Assembly (NCBI GenBank): GCA_963790205.1
Contig: CAWBNQ010000005.1
Coordinates: 448,001 to 512,000, forward strand
Source: Nitrospirota bacterium
Lineage (GTDB): Bacteria > Nitrospirota > UBA9217
Direction of reading: 5' to 3'
DNA length: 64,000 nt
The notes under the pieces were generated by a model. It searched no databases, was not told where the DNA came from, and was given only the letters and a program-made list of their open reading frames with translations. Made by a program: the position numbers and the translations under genes. Positions 30,538 to 39,625 of this stretch are shown here, in pieces; the stretch's first letter is position 1; the number at the start of each line of letters is the position of its first letter.

Positions 30538-31938
30538 TTATTCCCCCAGCTGCGGCAAATGGATCGCCATTCTATAAACGTCCTCAGCTGCCTCCATCAC
30601 TGCTTCAGCAAGCGTGGGATGGGCATGGATCATATGTCCGAGGTCTTTGACGGTAGCGCCGATCTTCATGGCCAACGCGCCTTCGTGGACTATGTCCGTA
30701 GCGTGCGCACCGCAGATATGCATGCCAAGGACCTTGTCGGTGGCCTCATCGGCGATCACTTTCACCATGCCGGTAATTTCACCCATGGCGTGCGCTTTCC
30801 CTAAGGCCCGGTACGGGAACCGTCCAACCCTGATTTTGATCCCCTTCTCAACAGCCTCTTTCTCCCGCAGTCCCACGCTGCCAATCTCGGGCATGGTGAA
30901 TATGCCGGAGGGGATGACGGCATAATCCATTCTTTCGTCTCCGCCGAGGGCGTTTTCCACGGACACCAGCCCTTGGTGCGAGGCAACATGCGCGAGCAGG
31001 ATTTTGCCGGTCACGTCACCGATAGCGTAGATGCCGGGAAGGCTGGTCTCCATCTTCTCGTTCACGATGATCTCTCCGCGCCTGCCCTTGGCTATGCCGA
31101 CGGTCTCAAGTCCCATGTTCTCGGAGTTCATGCTGCGGCCGATGGACATGAGCACCATCTCGGCTTTGACCTGCCGGCCTCCGCTGAGGGTCGCGACCAT
31201 CATGTCTTCTGCAACCTTCTCTACCCTTTCGATTTTTACGTTCGCCATAAGCTTGATCCCGGCCTTCTTAAACTCACGCTCGATAATGGCGGACATCTCC
31301 TCGTCCTCGGTTGACAAGGCATGGGGCATCATCTCGACCATCGTCACTTCTGCGCCGAAAGCCCGATAGATGAAAGCGAATTCGGAACCGATCACTCCTG
31401 CGCCGATGATGAGAAGGCTCTTCGGGACCTCCTTGAGCTGCACCGCATCATCGCTCGTAATGACGCTCTCTCCGTCAAAAGGGATCCCGGGGATCTTCGC
31501 CGGTTTAGACCCGGTGGCAATGATGATCCTGTCCGATTTTACGTCAATCGTCGTTCCGTCCTTCTGCGCGACCCGGACCACGTCCGGCGAGAGCAACGAG
31601 CCGCGGCCCTCTATCAAAGAGACCCTCCAGCTTTTGAACAAGCTCTTGATTCCTTTCACCTGGGTTGAGACAATCTTGTCCTTGCGCTCCCTGATCCTCG
31701 AAAGGTTGTATGAAACGTCTCCGGTGATTTCAAGTCCGAACTCCGCAGCCCGATGCGCATGCACAAGCGCCTCTGCCGAGGCGATCAGGGTCTTGGTCGG
31801 GATGCAGCCCCGGTTCAGACAGGTGCCGCCCACTTCAGCGTCTTCCACGACCGTCACCCGAGCGCCTTTCTGCGCCGCGCGGATCGCAGCCACGTATCCC
31901 CCCGGTCCAGCGCCTATAATCGTAAGTTTTAAGGACAT
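30538..31938 (-). CDS. lpdA: Dihydrolipoyl dehydrogenase
   Basis: GAGPGGYVAAIRAAQ, GGTCLNRGCIPTK and HAHPTLAE; start ATG 31938. Confidence 0.96.
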   Translation of the reverse strand: MSLKLTIIGAGPGGYVAAIRAAQKGARVTVVEDAEVGGTCLNRGCIPTKTLIASAEALVHAHRAAEFGLEITGDVSYNLSRIRERKDKIVSTQVKGIKSLFKSWRVSLIEGRGSLLSPDVVRVAQKDGTTIDVKSDRIIIATGSKPAKIPGIPFDGESVITSDDAVQLKEVPKSLLIIGAGVIGSEFAFIYRAFGAEVTMVEMMPHALSTEDEEMSAIIEREFKKAGIKLMANVKIERVEKVAEDMMVATLSGGRQVKAEMVLMSIGRSMNSENMGLETVGIAKGRRGEIIVNEKMETSLPGIYAIGDVTGKILLAHVASHQGLVSVENALGGDERMDYAVIPSGIFTMPEIGSVGLREKEAVEKGIKIRVGRFPYRALGKAHAMGEITGMVKVIADEATDKVLGMHICGAHATDIVHEGALAMKIGATVKDLGHMIHAHPTLAEAVMEAAEDVYRMAIHLPQLGE

Positions 31939-31998
31939 GATATGTTTCCCCTTCTCTAAGAGAAATGACGTGTGCACCAGTCACTGAGGACGCTTTAA

Positions 31999-32100
31999 AA
32001 GTTCAAAATACAAATCCAAATGTCAAATCAAACTGTCAAAAACCGCAAAAGATAATACCTGGAATTTCAACATTGATTTTTGGTAATTGATTTGAACTTG
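31999..32100. repeat. Degenerate short-period AT-rich inverted repeat
   Basis: aagttcaaaatacaaatccaaatgtcaaatcaaactgtcaaaa ... ttgatttttggtaattgatttgaacttg. Confidence 0.5.
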
Positions 32101-32195
32101 CAATGAATCGTCTTTCTGGGTATCTGCGGGCCTGTTAAAAAAATGATTTCTAACAAGGGTGAATCTCCGTGGCAAATTTTGAACTATTAAAAGCG

Positions 32196-32225
32196 AAAAA
32201 AAGGGAGAGTAAATACTCTCCCTTT
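32196..32225 (-). terminator. Intrinsic terminator after gcvH
   Basis: AAAGGGAGAGT/ACTCTCCCTTT stem, with a U7 tract on the minus strand. Confidence 0.8.
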
Positions 32226-32264
32226 CGATCGCTTCTCAATCCCCGGATCCGCCGCGCCTCTTTT

Positions 32265-32654
32265 CTACTTTCCCTCTTCTTCCTTCAGAAACTTTTCATA
32301 CTCCGCCTTGCTCATCAGATCGTTCAGCTCAGAGGCGTCGCTCAGGTCAAGCACGACAAGCCATCCATTTCCGTAAGGGTCTTCATTTATAATTTCCGGG
32401 GAATCAGCAAGGTCCTCATTCACCTCGACGATCGTACCCGATACCGGACTGACCACGGGAGAGGTTGCCTTGGTGGACTCGATTTCCGACAATTCGGAGT
32501 CGGCATCAACTTCTGTATCGATCTCCGGGAGGTCTACATAGACGATATCCCCAAGCTGCTGTTGCGCATAGTCACTGATGCCGATCGTCGCCCTTTTACC
32601 TTCGACGCGAACCCAGGCGTGCTCTCTATGATACTTTATGTCATCAGGATTCAT
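32265..32654 (-). CDS. gcvH: Glycine cleavage system H protein
   Basis: GISDYAQQQLGDIVYV, lipoyl site IESTKAT and INEDPYGNGWL; SD GGAGG; start ATG 32654. Confidence 0.95.
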   Translation of the reverse strand: MNPDDIKYHREHAWVRVEGKRATIGISDYAQQQLGDIVYVDLPEIDTEVDADSELSEIESTKATSPVVSPVSGTIVEVNEDLADSPEIINEDPYGNGWLVVLDLSDASELNDLMSKAEYEKFLKEEEGK

Positions 32655-32770
32655 ATGTATAACCTCCGGAATAAGATACTGCTTCATGTTGAAGAGTGAA
32701 TTTGTTTTTAGCTTAAGCGCAGTATTTTGTCAAGCAAAAAAAATTAATAACACAATAATACCATGAACAT

Positions 32771-32801
32771 AAAAAAAGGGATGCGGAAATCGCATCCCTT
32801 T
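32771..32801 (-). terminator. Intrinsic terminator after rnfB
   Basis: AAAGGGATGCG-GAAAT-CGCATCCCTTT, with a U7 tract on the minus strand. Confidence 0.8.
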
Positions 32802-32877
32802 ACAAATTACCGTTCGATTATTTATTGGCAGAAAACAGGATTAATCACGTGCCGGATCGACAACCAGGCGCGTGTCG

Positions 32878-34041
32878 CTAAGCCCCAACCGCTTCCTGAA
32901 CTTTTTCTGACTTCTTTTTATTGATACCGGCAGCAACCGGTACCATGTCTATCGCTTTCTTTGGGCACCGCGACTCGCACATGCGGCACCCGATACACTT
33001 GTCCTGATTGACGGTATGCACCGATCTCATTTCACCTGAGATAGCGTTCACCGGACAGACCTTTTCACAGACGTCGATTCCCGCGCACTTCGCTGGATCG
33101 ATATATGCCTTGGGGCGTGCCGGGATGTAGTCCCTGATGGCATTCGTCGGGCATTTCCTGACGCATAAGCCGCACACGATGCACCTGTCGTGATCGATCC
33201 GGGCAAGGTTGTTGTCAATCTTGATGGCATCGACCGGGCAGGTCCTGACGCAGATGCCGCAGGCGATGCAGCCGACCTGGCATTTCTTCTTGGTATCGAC
33301 GCCCTTGTCTCTGCTGTGGCAGCTGATGACCACTGCCTTGGAGGCCAGCGCAAGCTCGATCACCTGCTTCGGGCAGGCCGCAACACACTTCCCGCAGGCA
33401 GTGCACTTGTCGGGGTTGATGAGCGGCAAATTGTCCTTGCTCATGGTGATCGCGTCAAAGGGACATGCGCGCATGCAGGTGCCGAAGCCCAGACAGCCGT
33501 ACTCGCAGGCTTTGTCCCCGCCCGCGGCGAGCACCGCAGCAGTGCAGTCTTGAACGCCGGTGTAGATGAATTTTCGCTGGCTCAAAGAAGTCCCGCCCTG
33601 GCAGAAAACCCGGGCGATCTTCGGTTCCACCTTCTCGGCCTTCTTGCCCGTGATCACGGCGATCTTTTCAGCGACGGGAGATTTTCCGGGAGCGCACATG
33701 CTCGCTGCCACATCGGGGTTCCCCACGACCGCCTCGGCATAGCCCATGCAGCCCGCGAACCCGCAGGCCCCGCAGTTGGCGCCAGGCAGGGTTTCCCGCA
33801 CCTGCTCGACCTTCGGGTCTACTTTGACCACGAAGCGCGCCGCTACAATGGCGAGCGCTATCCCGAAGACGATGCCAAGCGCAGCCAGCACTATCAGCGT
33901 CGTATACACTGTGGACACGGGGACATTTCCGGTCGTCTCCACAGCTCCGCCGGCCTCAGCAAGCGGGACCAGCTTGTTTGCGATCAAGTGCAATGCATGG
34001 GAAAAAATCTGTGCAAGAATACTGGTCATTTGTTCATACAT
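32878..34041 (-). CDS. rnfB: Rnf complex subunit B (polyferredoxin)
   Basis: LPGANCGACGFAGC, CEYGCLGFGTCMRACP and multiple CxxCxxCxxxCP motifs. Confidence 0.93.
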   Translation of the reverse strand: MYEQMTSILAQIFSHALHLIANKLVPLAEAGGAVETTGNVPVSTVYTTLIVLAALGIVFGIALAIVAARFVVKVDPKVEQVRETLPGANCGACGFAGCMGYAEAVVGNPDVAASMCAPGKSPVAEKIAVITGKKAEKVEPKIARVFCQGGTSLSQRKFIYTGVQDCTAAVLAAGGDKACEYGCLGFGTCMRACPFDAITMSKDNLPLINPDKCTACGKCVAACPKQVIELALASKAVVISCHSRDKGVDTKKKCQVGCIACGICVRTCPVDAIKIDNNLARIDHDRCIVCGLCVRKCPTNAIRDYIPARPKAYIDPAKCAGIDVCEKVCPVNAISGEMRSVHTVNQDKCIGCRMCESRCPKKAIDMVPVAAGINKKKSEKVQEAVGA

Positions 34042-34076
34042 GGCTTTGTACCTTCAGTAGTAATGATTTGGAGCAA

Positions 34077-34153
34077 GGCAACCGTGTTGCCGTTTGGACC
34101 ACAAGGAACCATGTTCCCGCTCAGAGTCACGCCGACATGGTCGGCTCGGTCCA
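34077..34153 (-). other. Structured rnfA-rnfB intergenic element
   Basis: Three perfect hairpins with 3-nt loops; two are enclosed by TGGACC/GGTCCA. Confidence 0.5.
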
Positions 34154-34156
34154 CGT

Positions 34157-34741
34157 TTACAACGTGATCATACCAGAGAAGCCCAGAAACGCCAGGGCGA
34201 TCAGGCCGGTCAACACGAAGGAGATCGGCAGCCCCTGGAAAGACTTGGGAACGTCTGCAAGCTCCAGCTTCTCCCTGATGCTCGCCATGATGATGAGCGC
34301 CAGGCTGAAACCGAGGCCCGACCCAAGCGCCATGGCCATGCTTTCGAATAAGGTGTAATTTTCATCGGCGTTGAGAAGCGGCACGGCCAGGATGACGCAG
34401 TTCGTAACAATCAGCGCAAGGTAGATGCCCAGCTTGTAGTACAATGCCGGCACGACTTTCTTCATGATCGTGTCGGCAGCCTGCACGAATGCGGCGATCA
34501 CGCCGATGAAAATAACGATCTTTAAGAATTCGAGATGATAGGGAATCATGACATAATTATAGATGACCCAGTTGAGGGCCGATTCTACGAGCATGACGGC
34601 CGTGAATGTGAAACTCATCCCGATTGCCGTCTCCATCCTCTTGGTGACGCCGAAAAAGATGCAAAGGCCCAAATAGCGCGTAAAAACAAAATTATTGATA
34701 AGTGCCGATGCGATAAATATGGTGAGAACGTGCTGCAACAT
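34157..34741 (-). CDS. rnfA: Rnf complex subunit A
   Basis: NNFVFTRYLGLCIF, LGIYLALIVTNC and LAFLGFSG; start ATG 34741 behind GGAGG. Confidence 0.93.
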   Translation of the reverse strand: MLQHVLTIFIASALINNFVFTRYLGLCIFFGVTKRMETAIGMSFTFTAVMLVESALNWVIYNYVMIPYHLEFLKIVIFIGVIAAFVQAADTIMKKVVPALYYKLGIYLALIVTNCVILAVPLLNADENYTLFESMAMALGSGLGFSLALIIMASIREKLELADVPKSFQGLPISFVLTGLIALAFLGFSGMITL

Positions 34742-34761
34742 AAGAACCTCCGGATACCTCA

Positions 34762-34810
34762 ATGCGGAATTAAAACAATTCCGAAATATGCAATCTACAA
34801 TCCGAAATTT
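34762..34810. repeat. Heptamer repeat (TCCGMAA family)
   Basis: tgcggaatt ... tccgaaa tatgcaa tctacaa tccgaaa. Confidence 0.6.
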
Positions 34811-35443
34811 TTAATGATGTCCGCCGCCGCCCCCGCCCGTTCCGCCGAAGAATTTACGGTCCATCCAGTTGAGCCCGCCCATCATGAGCCCCATGGCGAA
34901 GAAGCCGCCCGTCGGCATGATCGCGATGAGAAGCGGCTTTCCGGGCAGGATCTGGGCGCCCCACAGCGAGCCTTTACCCAGGAATTCCCTGAACACTCCC
35001 AGTAACATCAGGGCAAGGAGAAAACCGACGCCCATTCCAACGCCGTCAACGAAGGATGGAATGAGCTTGTTCTTGCTTGCGAACATCTCGGCCCGGGAAA
35101 GAATGATGGCAAAAGCGACGATCAACATGATGTAAAGACCCATGTCCTTGTACACCGCCCGCTCGTTCGCCGACATCCACAGATCTATCACCGTAACCCA
35201 GGTCGCGGTGATGAACACGTAGGAAGGAATGCGGACTTTCGGATTTATGAAGTTCCTCAACAGAGAAACCGTAACGTTCGTCATGGTCATGACGAAGAGA
35301 ACGGCGACACCCATCAGGAAGCCGTTTTTCACGCCGGAGGTCACCGCAACGGCGGGGCAGAGCGAAAGCGCGAGCCGGAAAACCGGATTCTCGCCGAACA
35401 CGCCATTCTTGAAGAGCGTACCCAAGCTTACGTTATTGCTCAC
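34811..35443 (-). CDS. rnfE: Rnf complex subunit E
   Basis: ENPVFRLALSLCPAVAVT, KVRIP and FREFLGKG. Confidence 0.93.
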   Translation of the reverse strand: MSNNVSLGTLFKNGVFGENPVFRLALSLCPAVAVTSGVKNGFLMGVAVLFVMTMTNVTVSLLRNFINPKVRIPSYVFITATWVTVIDLWMSANERAVYKDMGLYIMLIVAFAIILSRAEMFASKNKLIPSFVDGVGMGVGFLLALMLLGVFREFLGKGSLWGAQILPGKPLLIAIMPTGGFFAMGLMMGGLNWMDRKFFGGTGGGGGGHH

Positions 35444-36033
35444 TTCGCCACCCCCTGTGCAACAGCGGTCTTGATGCCTGCGCCGTACTTGTCAACGAGC
35501 AGCTGCACGGCGTCCTTCACTCCGTTCGTCACGCCGCGGCTCGAATACGTGGCCCCGGACACGGCCTGGATGTTTTCCTTGGTCTCGCCCTTGATAAGAA
35601 CGATCTGCGGAAGCGACTTGCCTTTGAACTGGTCGAGAAAGCTTTTTTCCAGGACCTGGTCGCCCAGGCCGGGCGTCTCGTTCATATCAAGAACCTTGAC
35701 ATCGCTGATTTTCATGTCGGGACCGAGCGCGACAAGCATCTTGATATAGCTCGAATATCCTTTCCCCGTTGTTTCTGCGATATCGGCTATCGGGATCCCG
35801 CCGGCAGTCGCCTGGTAATATTCATGTTCTTTGTTGTCGGCTGCTTTCCACGTGCCGGCCGGTTTGATGGGATCGGTTGCCGTTGGCGCCATCTCCTTCA
35901 GCGCCTCTTCCTTTTCCTTCTTTTCCGCCTGGACCCGGATGGGGTGGGTATATTGATAGGTCACGGCCATGATGACACCTGCCACGACGAAAATTACCAC
36001 CAGAGGAAGCGTTATCTTTATTATATCCTTCAT
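35440..36033 (-). CDS. rnfG: Rnf complex subunit G
   Basis: ETPGLG and FMN attachment motif SGATYSS. Confidence 0.93.
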   Translation of the reverse strand: MKDIIKITLPLVVIFVVAGVIMAVTYQYTHPIRVQAEKKEKEEALKEMAPTATDPIKPAGTWKAADNKEHEYYQATAGGIPIADIAETTGKGYSSYIKMLVALGPDMKISDVKVLDMNETPGLGDQVLEKSFLDQFKGKSLPQIVLIKGETKENIQAVSGATYSSRGVTNGVKDAVQLLVDKYGAGIKTAVAQGVAK

Positions 36034-37061
36034 TTCTTCACCGCCTTTGCCTCGGCTTTGCCGAACACAGGGCTTTTCATTCCCCGGTCAAGAAGCGGGG
36101 CGAAGCAGTTCATGAGGAGAATGGCGAACATCACGCCCTCGGGGTAGCCGCCTTTTAAGCGGATCAACGTCGTCAGGATGCCCGCGCAGACGCCGAATAC
36201 GACCTGGGCGCTCCTCACCGAGGGTCCGGTGACGTAATCGGTCGCCATGTAGAACGCGCCGAGAATGAGGCCGCCCGACATCATGTGAAGGATCGGGTCG
36301 CCGGTCATGAGACCCTCTTTGCCGCCGAAGATCCAGGTGAGGATGCCGACCGTTGCGATGAACGAGATGGGAATGTGCCAGGTGATGTACCGTTTCAGCA
36401 TCAGGAACGTCGCGCCCAGAAGGAGCGCGATGACGGACGTTTCACCGAGAGAGCCGGCGCGGTTCCCGAGGAACAGGTCCCGGTACAGGGCCCCCTGGCT
36501 ATGGTACACTTCAAGGAGCTTCGACATCCCTTCTTCCTTCAGGAGGACGAGCGGCGTGGCCGTGGTCTTGGCATCAATCGCCATGAACGAGGTCACCGGC
36601 GCAACAAAGGTGGTCATGATCTTGGCGAAGCTGACCAGGACGAACGCCCTGCCGATGAGGGCAGGATTGAAGATATTGAAGCCCAGCCCTCCGAAGAGCT
36701 GCTTGGCGATGACAACGGCCACGACGGACGCGACAGCAGGGATGTACAGCGGCGCATTGGCCGGGAGGTTCATGGCAAGGAGCAGTCCTGTCAGAAACGC
36801 GCTGCCGTCGGAGAGGGTAATGGGTTTTTTCAGCATCCATTGTACGAGCGCCTCGGATGCAAGGGACGTCGCAAGGCAGACGAGAATGACCATGATAGCC
36901 GGCATGCCGAAATAATACACCGACATGAGCGTTGCCGGCAAAAGCGCTCCGCTCACGGTCCACATGATCTTGGCCGTGCTCTCCACGTCGTGCATGTGGG
37001 GCCCGATCGAAACAATCAGTTTCGGCGGTTCTTTTGGCTGTGCCTGTACGGATGCTTCCAT
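36030..37061 (-). CDS. rnfD: Rnf complex subunit D
   Basis: KQLFGGLGFNIFNPAL, TTATPL, GSLGETS and MATDYVT. Confidence 0.95.
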   Translation of the reverse strand: MEASVQAQPKEPPKLIVSIGPHMHDVESTAKIMWTVSGALLPATLMSVYYFGMPAIMVILVCLATSLASEALVQWMLKKPITLSDGSAFLTGLLLAMNLPANAPLYIPAVASVVAVVIAKQLFGGLGFNIFNPALIGRAFVLVSFAKIMTTFVAPVTSFMAIDAKTTATPLVLLKEEGMSKLLEVYHSQGALYRDLFLGNRAGSLGETSVIALLLGATFLMLKRYITWHIPISFIATVGILTWIFGGKEGLMTGDPILHMMSGGLILGAFYMATDYVTGPSVRSAQVVFGVCAGILTTLIRLKGGYPEGVMFAILLMNCFAPLLDRGMKSPVFGKAEAKAVKK

Positions 37062-37079
37062 TCGTTTATCCCTCGATAT

Positions 37080-37152
37080 TCAGATGTCAGATGTAGGATG
37101 TCAGACGTTCAGAATTTGTTCTACTCAGTCTGAACTTTGTACTTTGAACTTA
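37080..37152. repeat. Heptamer repeats between rnfC and rnfD
   Basis: cagatgt cagatgt aggatgt cagacgt ... tgaactt tgtactt tgaactt. Confidence 0.65.
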
Positions 37153-38484
37153 ATTCTTTTTCTTCGCCAGCTCTTTCTTCGCTTTTTTCACCCATTGAAC
37201 CATGGGGCGGTTCGCCGGGCAGACGAAGGTGCAGGAGCCGCACTCAAAACAGTCCATCAGATTATACGCCTTGGCGTCTTCGTAATGGCCCTTCTCGATG
37301 TACAGCCCAATATAGGAAGGCTGAAGCTTCATGGGGCATGCATCGATGCATCTGCCGCACCGGATGCAGGGCCCATAAGGCTTGGTGCTCACCTCGTTCT
37401 TCGGCAGGACGGTGATACCTGAAGTGCCTTTGATGACCGGCACGTCAAGCGTGTACTGGCTCATGCCCATCATGGGCCCGCCGGCGATCACCTTGGCTGC
37501 CGCATCGGTGAGTCCGCCCGCTTCGTCGATGAGCTGGGAAAAGGGTGTCCCGATCCTGGCTACAAAGTTCTTCGGCTCCTTGACGCCCCTGCCGGTCACC
37601 GTGACATAGCGCTCGATAAGAGGCCTGCCGTAGCGGACCGCAGTAGAGATCGCTTCAGCCGTACCCACGTTCTGGACGACCACACCTACATCCATGGGCA
37701 GGGAACCCGCAGGTACGGTCCTGTTGGCAATGGCTTTAATAAGCATTTTTTCCGCGCCCTGCGGGTACTTCACCTTGACCGGCCATACTTTGATTTCCGG
37801 GGACCCGGCCGCCGCCTTGGTCATGGTTTCAATGGCGTCGGGCTTGTTGTTTTCTATACCGATATAGCCCTTCTGGACACCGAGGATCCTCATGAGAATT
37901 TTGAGGCCTTCAATGATTTCTTTCGGCCGCTCAAGCATGAGCCGATGGTCCGAAGTCAGGTAGGGCTCACATTCGGCGCCGTTCAGGATCACGACGTCGA
38001 TCGGCTTTTCTTTGGGTGGAGCGAGCTTCACGTGCGTGGGGAACGTGGCCCCGCCCATGCCGACTATGCCGGCATCCTGCACGATCTTCTTGAGTTCATC
38101 GGGACTCAACAGATTGTAATCGGTATTTTCCTTCAGCCCTGCGATCCACTCGTCTTTGCCGTCGCTTTCGATCACGACAGCCGGAACATTTATGCCGAGC
38201 GAGTGCGGGAAACTCCCCAGAGCGGTCACCTTGCCGGATATTGAGGCATGGACCGGAGCGGAAACAAAACCGGTGGTTTCACCGATCTTTTCTCCTTTTT
38301 TAACTTCCTGCCCTATGACGACGAGCGGCTTGGTAGGTGCTCCGATGTGTTGGCTTAAGGGGATGACGGCTCTCTTGGGGATTGCTGCGGGGACGGTCGG
38401 TTTGTGTGCTGAGAGATGTTTGTTACCAGCGGGATGCACACCCCCGCTGAACGTATCGTGTGCCTTTATCGTTGTGGCTTCCAT
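37150..38484 (-). CDS. rnfC: Rnf complex subunit C
   Basis: GIVGMGGATFPTHVK, NGAECEPYLTSD, KYPQGAEK and two 4Fe-4S motifs. Confidence 0.96.
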   Translation of the reverse strand: MEATTIKAHDTFSGGVHPAGNKHLSAHKPTVPAAIPKRAVIPLSQHIGAPTKPLVVIGQEVKKGEKIGETTGFVSAPVHASISGKVTALGSFPHSLGINVPAVVIESDGKDEWIAGLKENTDYNLLSPDELKKIVQDAGIVGMGGATFPTHVKLAPPKEKPIDVVILNGAECEPYLTSDHRLMLERPKEIIEGLKILMRILGVQKGYIGIENNKPDAIETMTKAAAGSPEIKVWPVKVKYPQGAEKMLIKAIANRTVPAGSLPMDVGVVVQNVGTAEAISTAVRYGRPLIERYVTVTGRGVKEPKNFVARIGTPFSQLIDEAGGLTDAAAKVIAGGPMMGMSQYTLDVPVIKGTSGITVLPKNEVSTKPYGPCIRCGRCIDACPMKLQPSYIGLYIEKGHYEDAKAYNLMDCFECGSCTFVCPANRPMVQWVKKAKKELAKKKN

Positions 38485-38503
38485 TCTGTCTCACCTGCCA
38501 TAG

Positions 38504-38526
38504 GTTATAAACATCGTAATTATAAC
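38504..38526. promoter_or_regulatory. Candidate operator in the rnf leader
   Basis: GTTATAA-N9-TTATAAC between the promoter and the rnfC start. Confidence 0.5.
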
Positions 38527-38551
38527 TTGAGAATTTCTAAAAGCCGCTGAG

Positions 38552-38580
38552 TTTATAGCAGAATGAAGCGGAAGTGTCAA
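38552..38580 (-). promoter_or_regulatory. Sigma70 promoter of the rnf operon
   Basis: TTGACA-N17-TATAAA with extended TG. Confidence 0.72.
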
Positions 38581-38707
38581 GCAATTTTTTGTTAACTACT
38601 CTGCGCGCACCATCCTTGCGGATACAATGATAAACGACCGGGAAGATCATCAGCGTATCAGCGTCAACACCCTGATTATTCTTTGCCTGCTCGTGGTATA
38701 GTGCAGA

Positions 38708-38751
38708 AAGGGGGGGGAGAAGCGATGATACATCGCTTCTCCCCCCCCCTT
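38708..38751 (-). terminator. Long hairpin / probable terminator after nifU
   Basis: GGGGGGGGAGAAGCGATG-ATA-CATCGCTTCTCCCCCCCC, an 18-bp stem. Confidence 0.65.
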
Positions 38752-38822
38752 CATTCATTGAGGATTGTTATGTTCGGGCCGGGGGGAAAAGGTTGCTGTT
38801 TCTGAATTGCGAATTGTCCGGC

Positions 38823-39047
38823 TTATGCCACTTGGACCACTTCCTTGACATCGGGGACTTCTTGTTTCAGCATTTTCTCAACACCCATCTTGAGTGTCAT
38901 CGTGGACATGGGGCAGGACCCGCAGGCGCCTTTGAGCCTGACTTTCACAACCCCGTTCTCTTCGACGCTCACCAGCTCGATATCGCCGCCATCCCTCTGG
39001 AGTGCGGGCCGTACTTTTTTGAGCGCTTCGATAACTTGTTCTTTCAT
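38823..39047 (-). CDS. NifU/NfuA C-terminal-domain Fe-S carrier protein
   Basis: [14 protein letters not shown] and [17 protein letters not shown]. Confidence 0.93.
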   Translation of the reverse strand: MKEQVIEALKKVRPALQRDGGDIELVSVEENGVVKVRLKGACGSCPMSTMTLKMGVEKMLKQEVPDVKEVVQVA

Positions 39048-39125
39048 GTCGTTTTCTCCTTGGCTTGCAGGGAAATTTTAATGTTTTTATTATACATCTT
39101 TTTACCCCTCTTTAATAGTTTTTTC

Positions 39126-39141
39126 TATGACCTGAATCATA
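39126..39141. promoter_or_regulatory. Crp/Fnr-type box TATGA-N6-TCATA
   Basis: TATGACCTGAATCATA in the nifU/crcB divergent spacer; same motif as 62509 and 62544. Confidence 0.6.
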
Positions 39142-39240
39142 TGCGCATAAAACCCGAACGCCAATTTTCATTGACTTGCTCGGCGTCTTTTGATATGTAT
39201 AGGGACGACATCCACACAAAAATGTACCAATAATTACCGA

Positions 39241-39615
39241 ATGGCCAATATTTTTATAATAGGTATGGGGGGGTTCATCGGGGCCGTTACCCGATACGGC
39301 GTTGCGGTCTGGATCGGCCAGCGGTGGGGCCGGAGCTTTCCCCTCGGCACGTTCCTCATTAACGTGAGCGGCAGTTTTCTCATCGGTTTGCTTATGACCC
39401 TTTTCACAGAACGATTCATGGTGAACCCGCAGTGGAGGCTGCTGCTCGTCGTAGGTTTCCTCGGAGCCTACACCACGTTTTCAACCTTTGAGTATGAAAC
39501 CGGCGCACTCTTGAAGGACAGCGAATGGCTGATCGCGGGAGTGAACGTCGTGTGCAGCGTCATCGGCGGATTTATCGCACTCAAGCTCGGCGAAGTTATC
39601 GCAAAAAGCATCTAG
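39241..39615 (+). CDS. crcB: Fluoride efflux channel Fluc/CrcB
   Basis: GGFIGAVTRY, FPLGTFLINVSGSF and GFLGAYTTFSTF. Confidence 0.95.
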   Translation: MANIFIIGMGGFIGAVTRYGVAVWIGQRWGRSFPLGTFLINVSGSFLIGLLMTLFTERFMVNPQWRLLLVVGFLGAYTTFSTFEYETGALLKDSEWLIAGVNVVCSVIGGFIALKLGEVIAKSI

Positions 39616-39625
39616 AGGAGACGAT

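Noticed and set aside
32878..39047. Further selenoproteins among RnfB, RnfC and NifU (also TlpA and DUF1858)
   Set aside because: All redox motifs are encoded as Cys in uninterrupted frames
39142..39240. Fluoride riboswitch before crcB
   Set aside because: The conserved GGCGAUGG...CGCC and GCURAUGAC elements are not present
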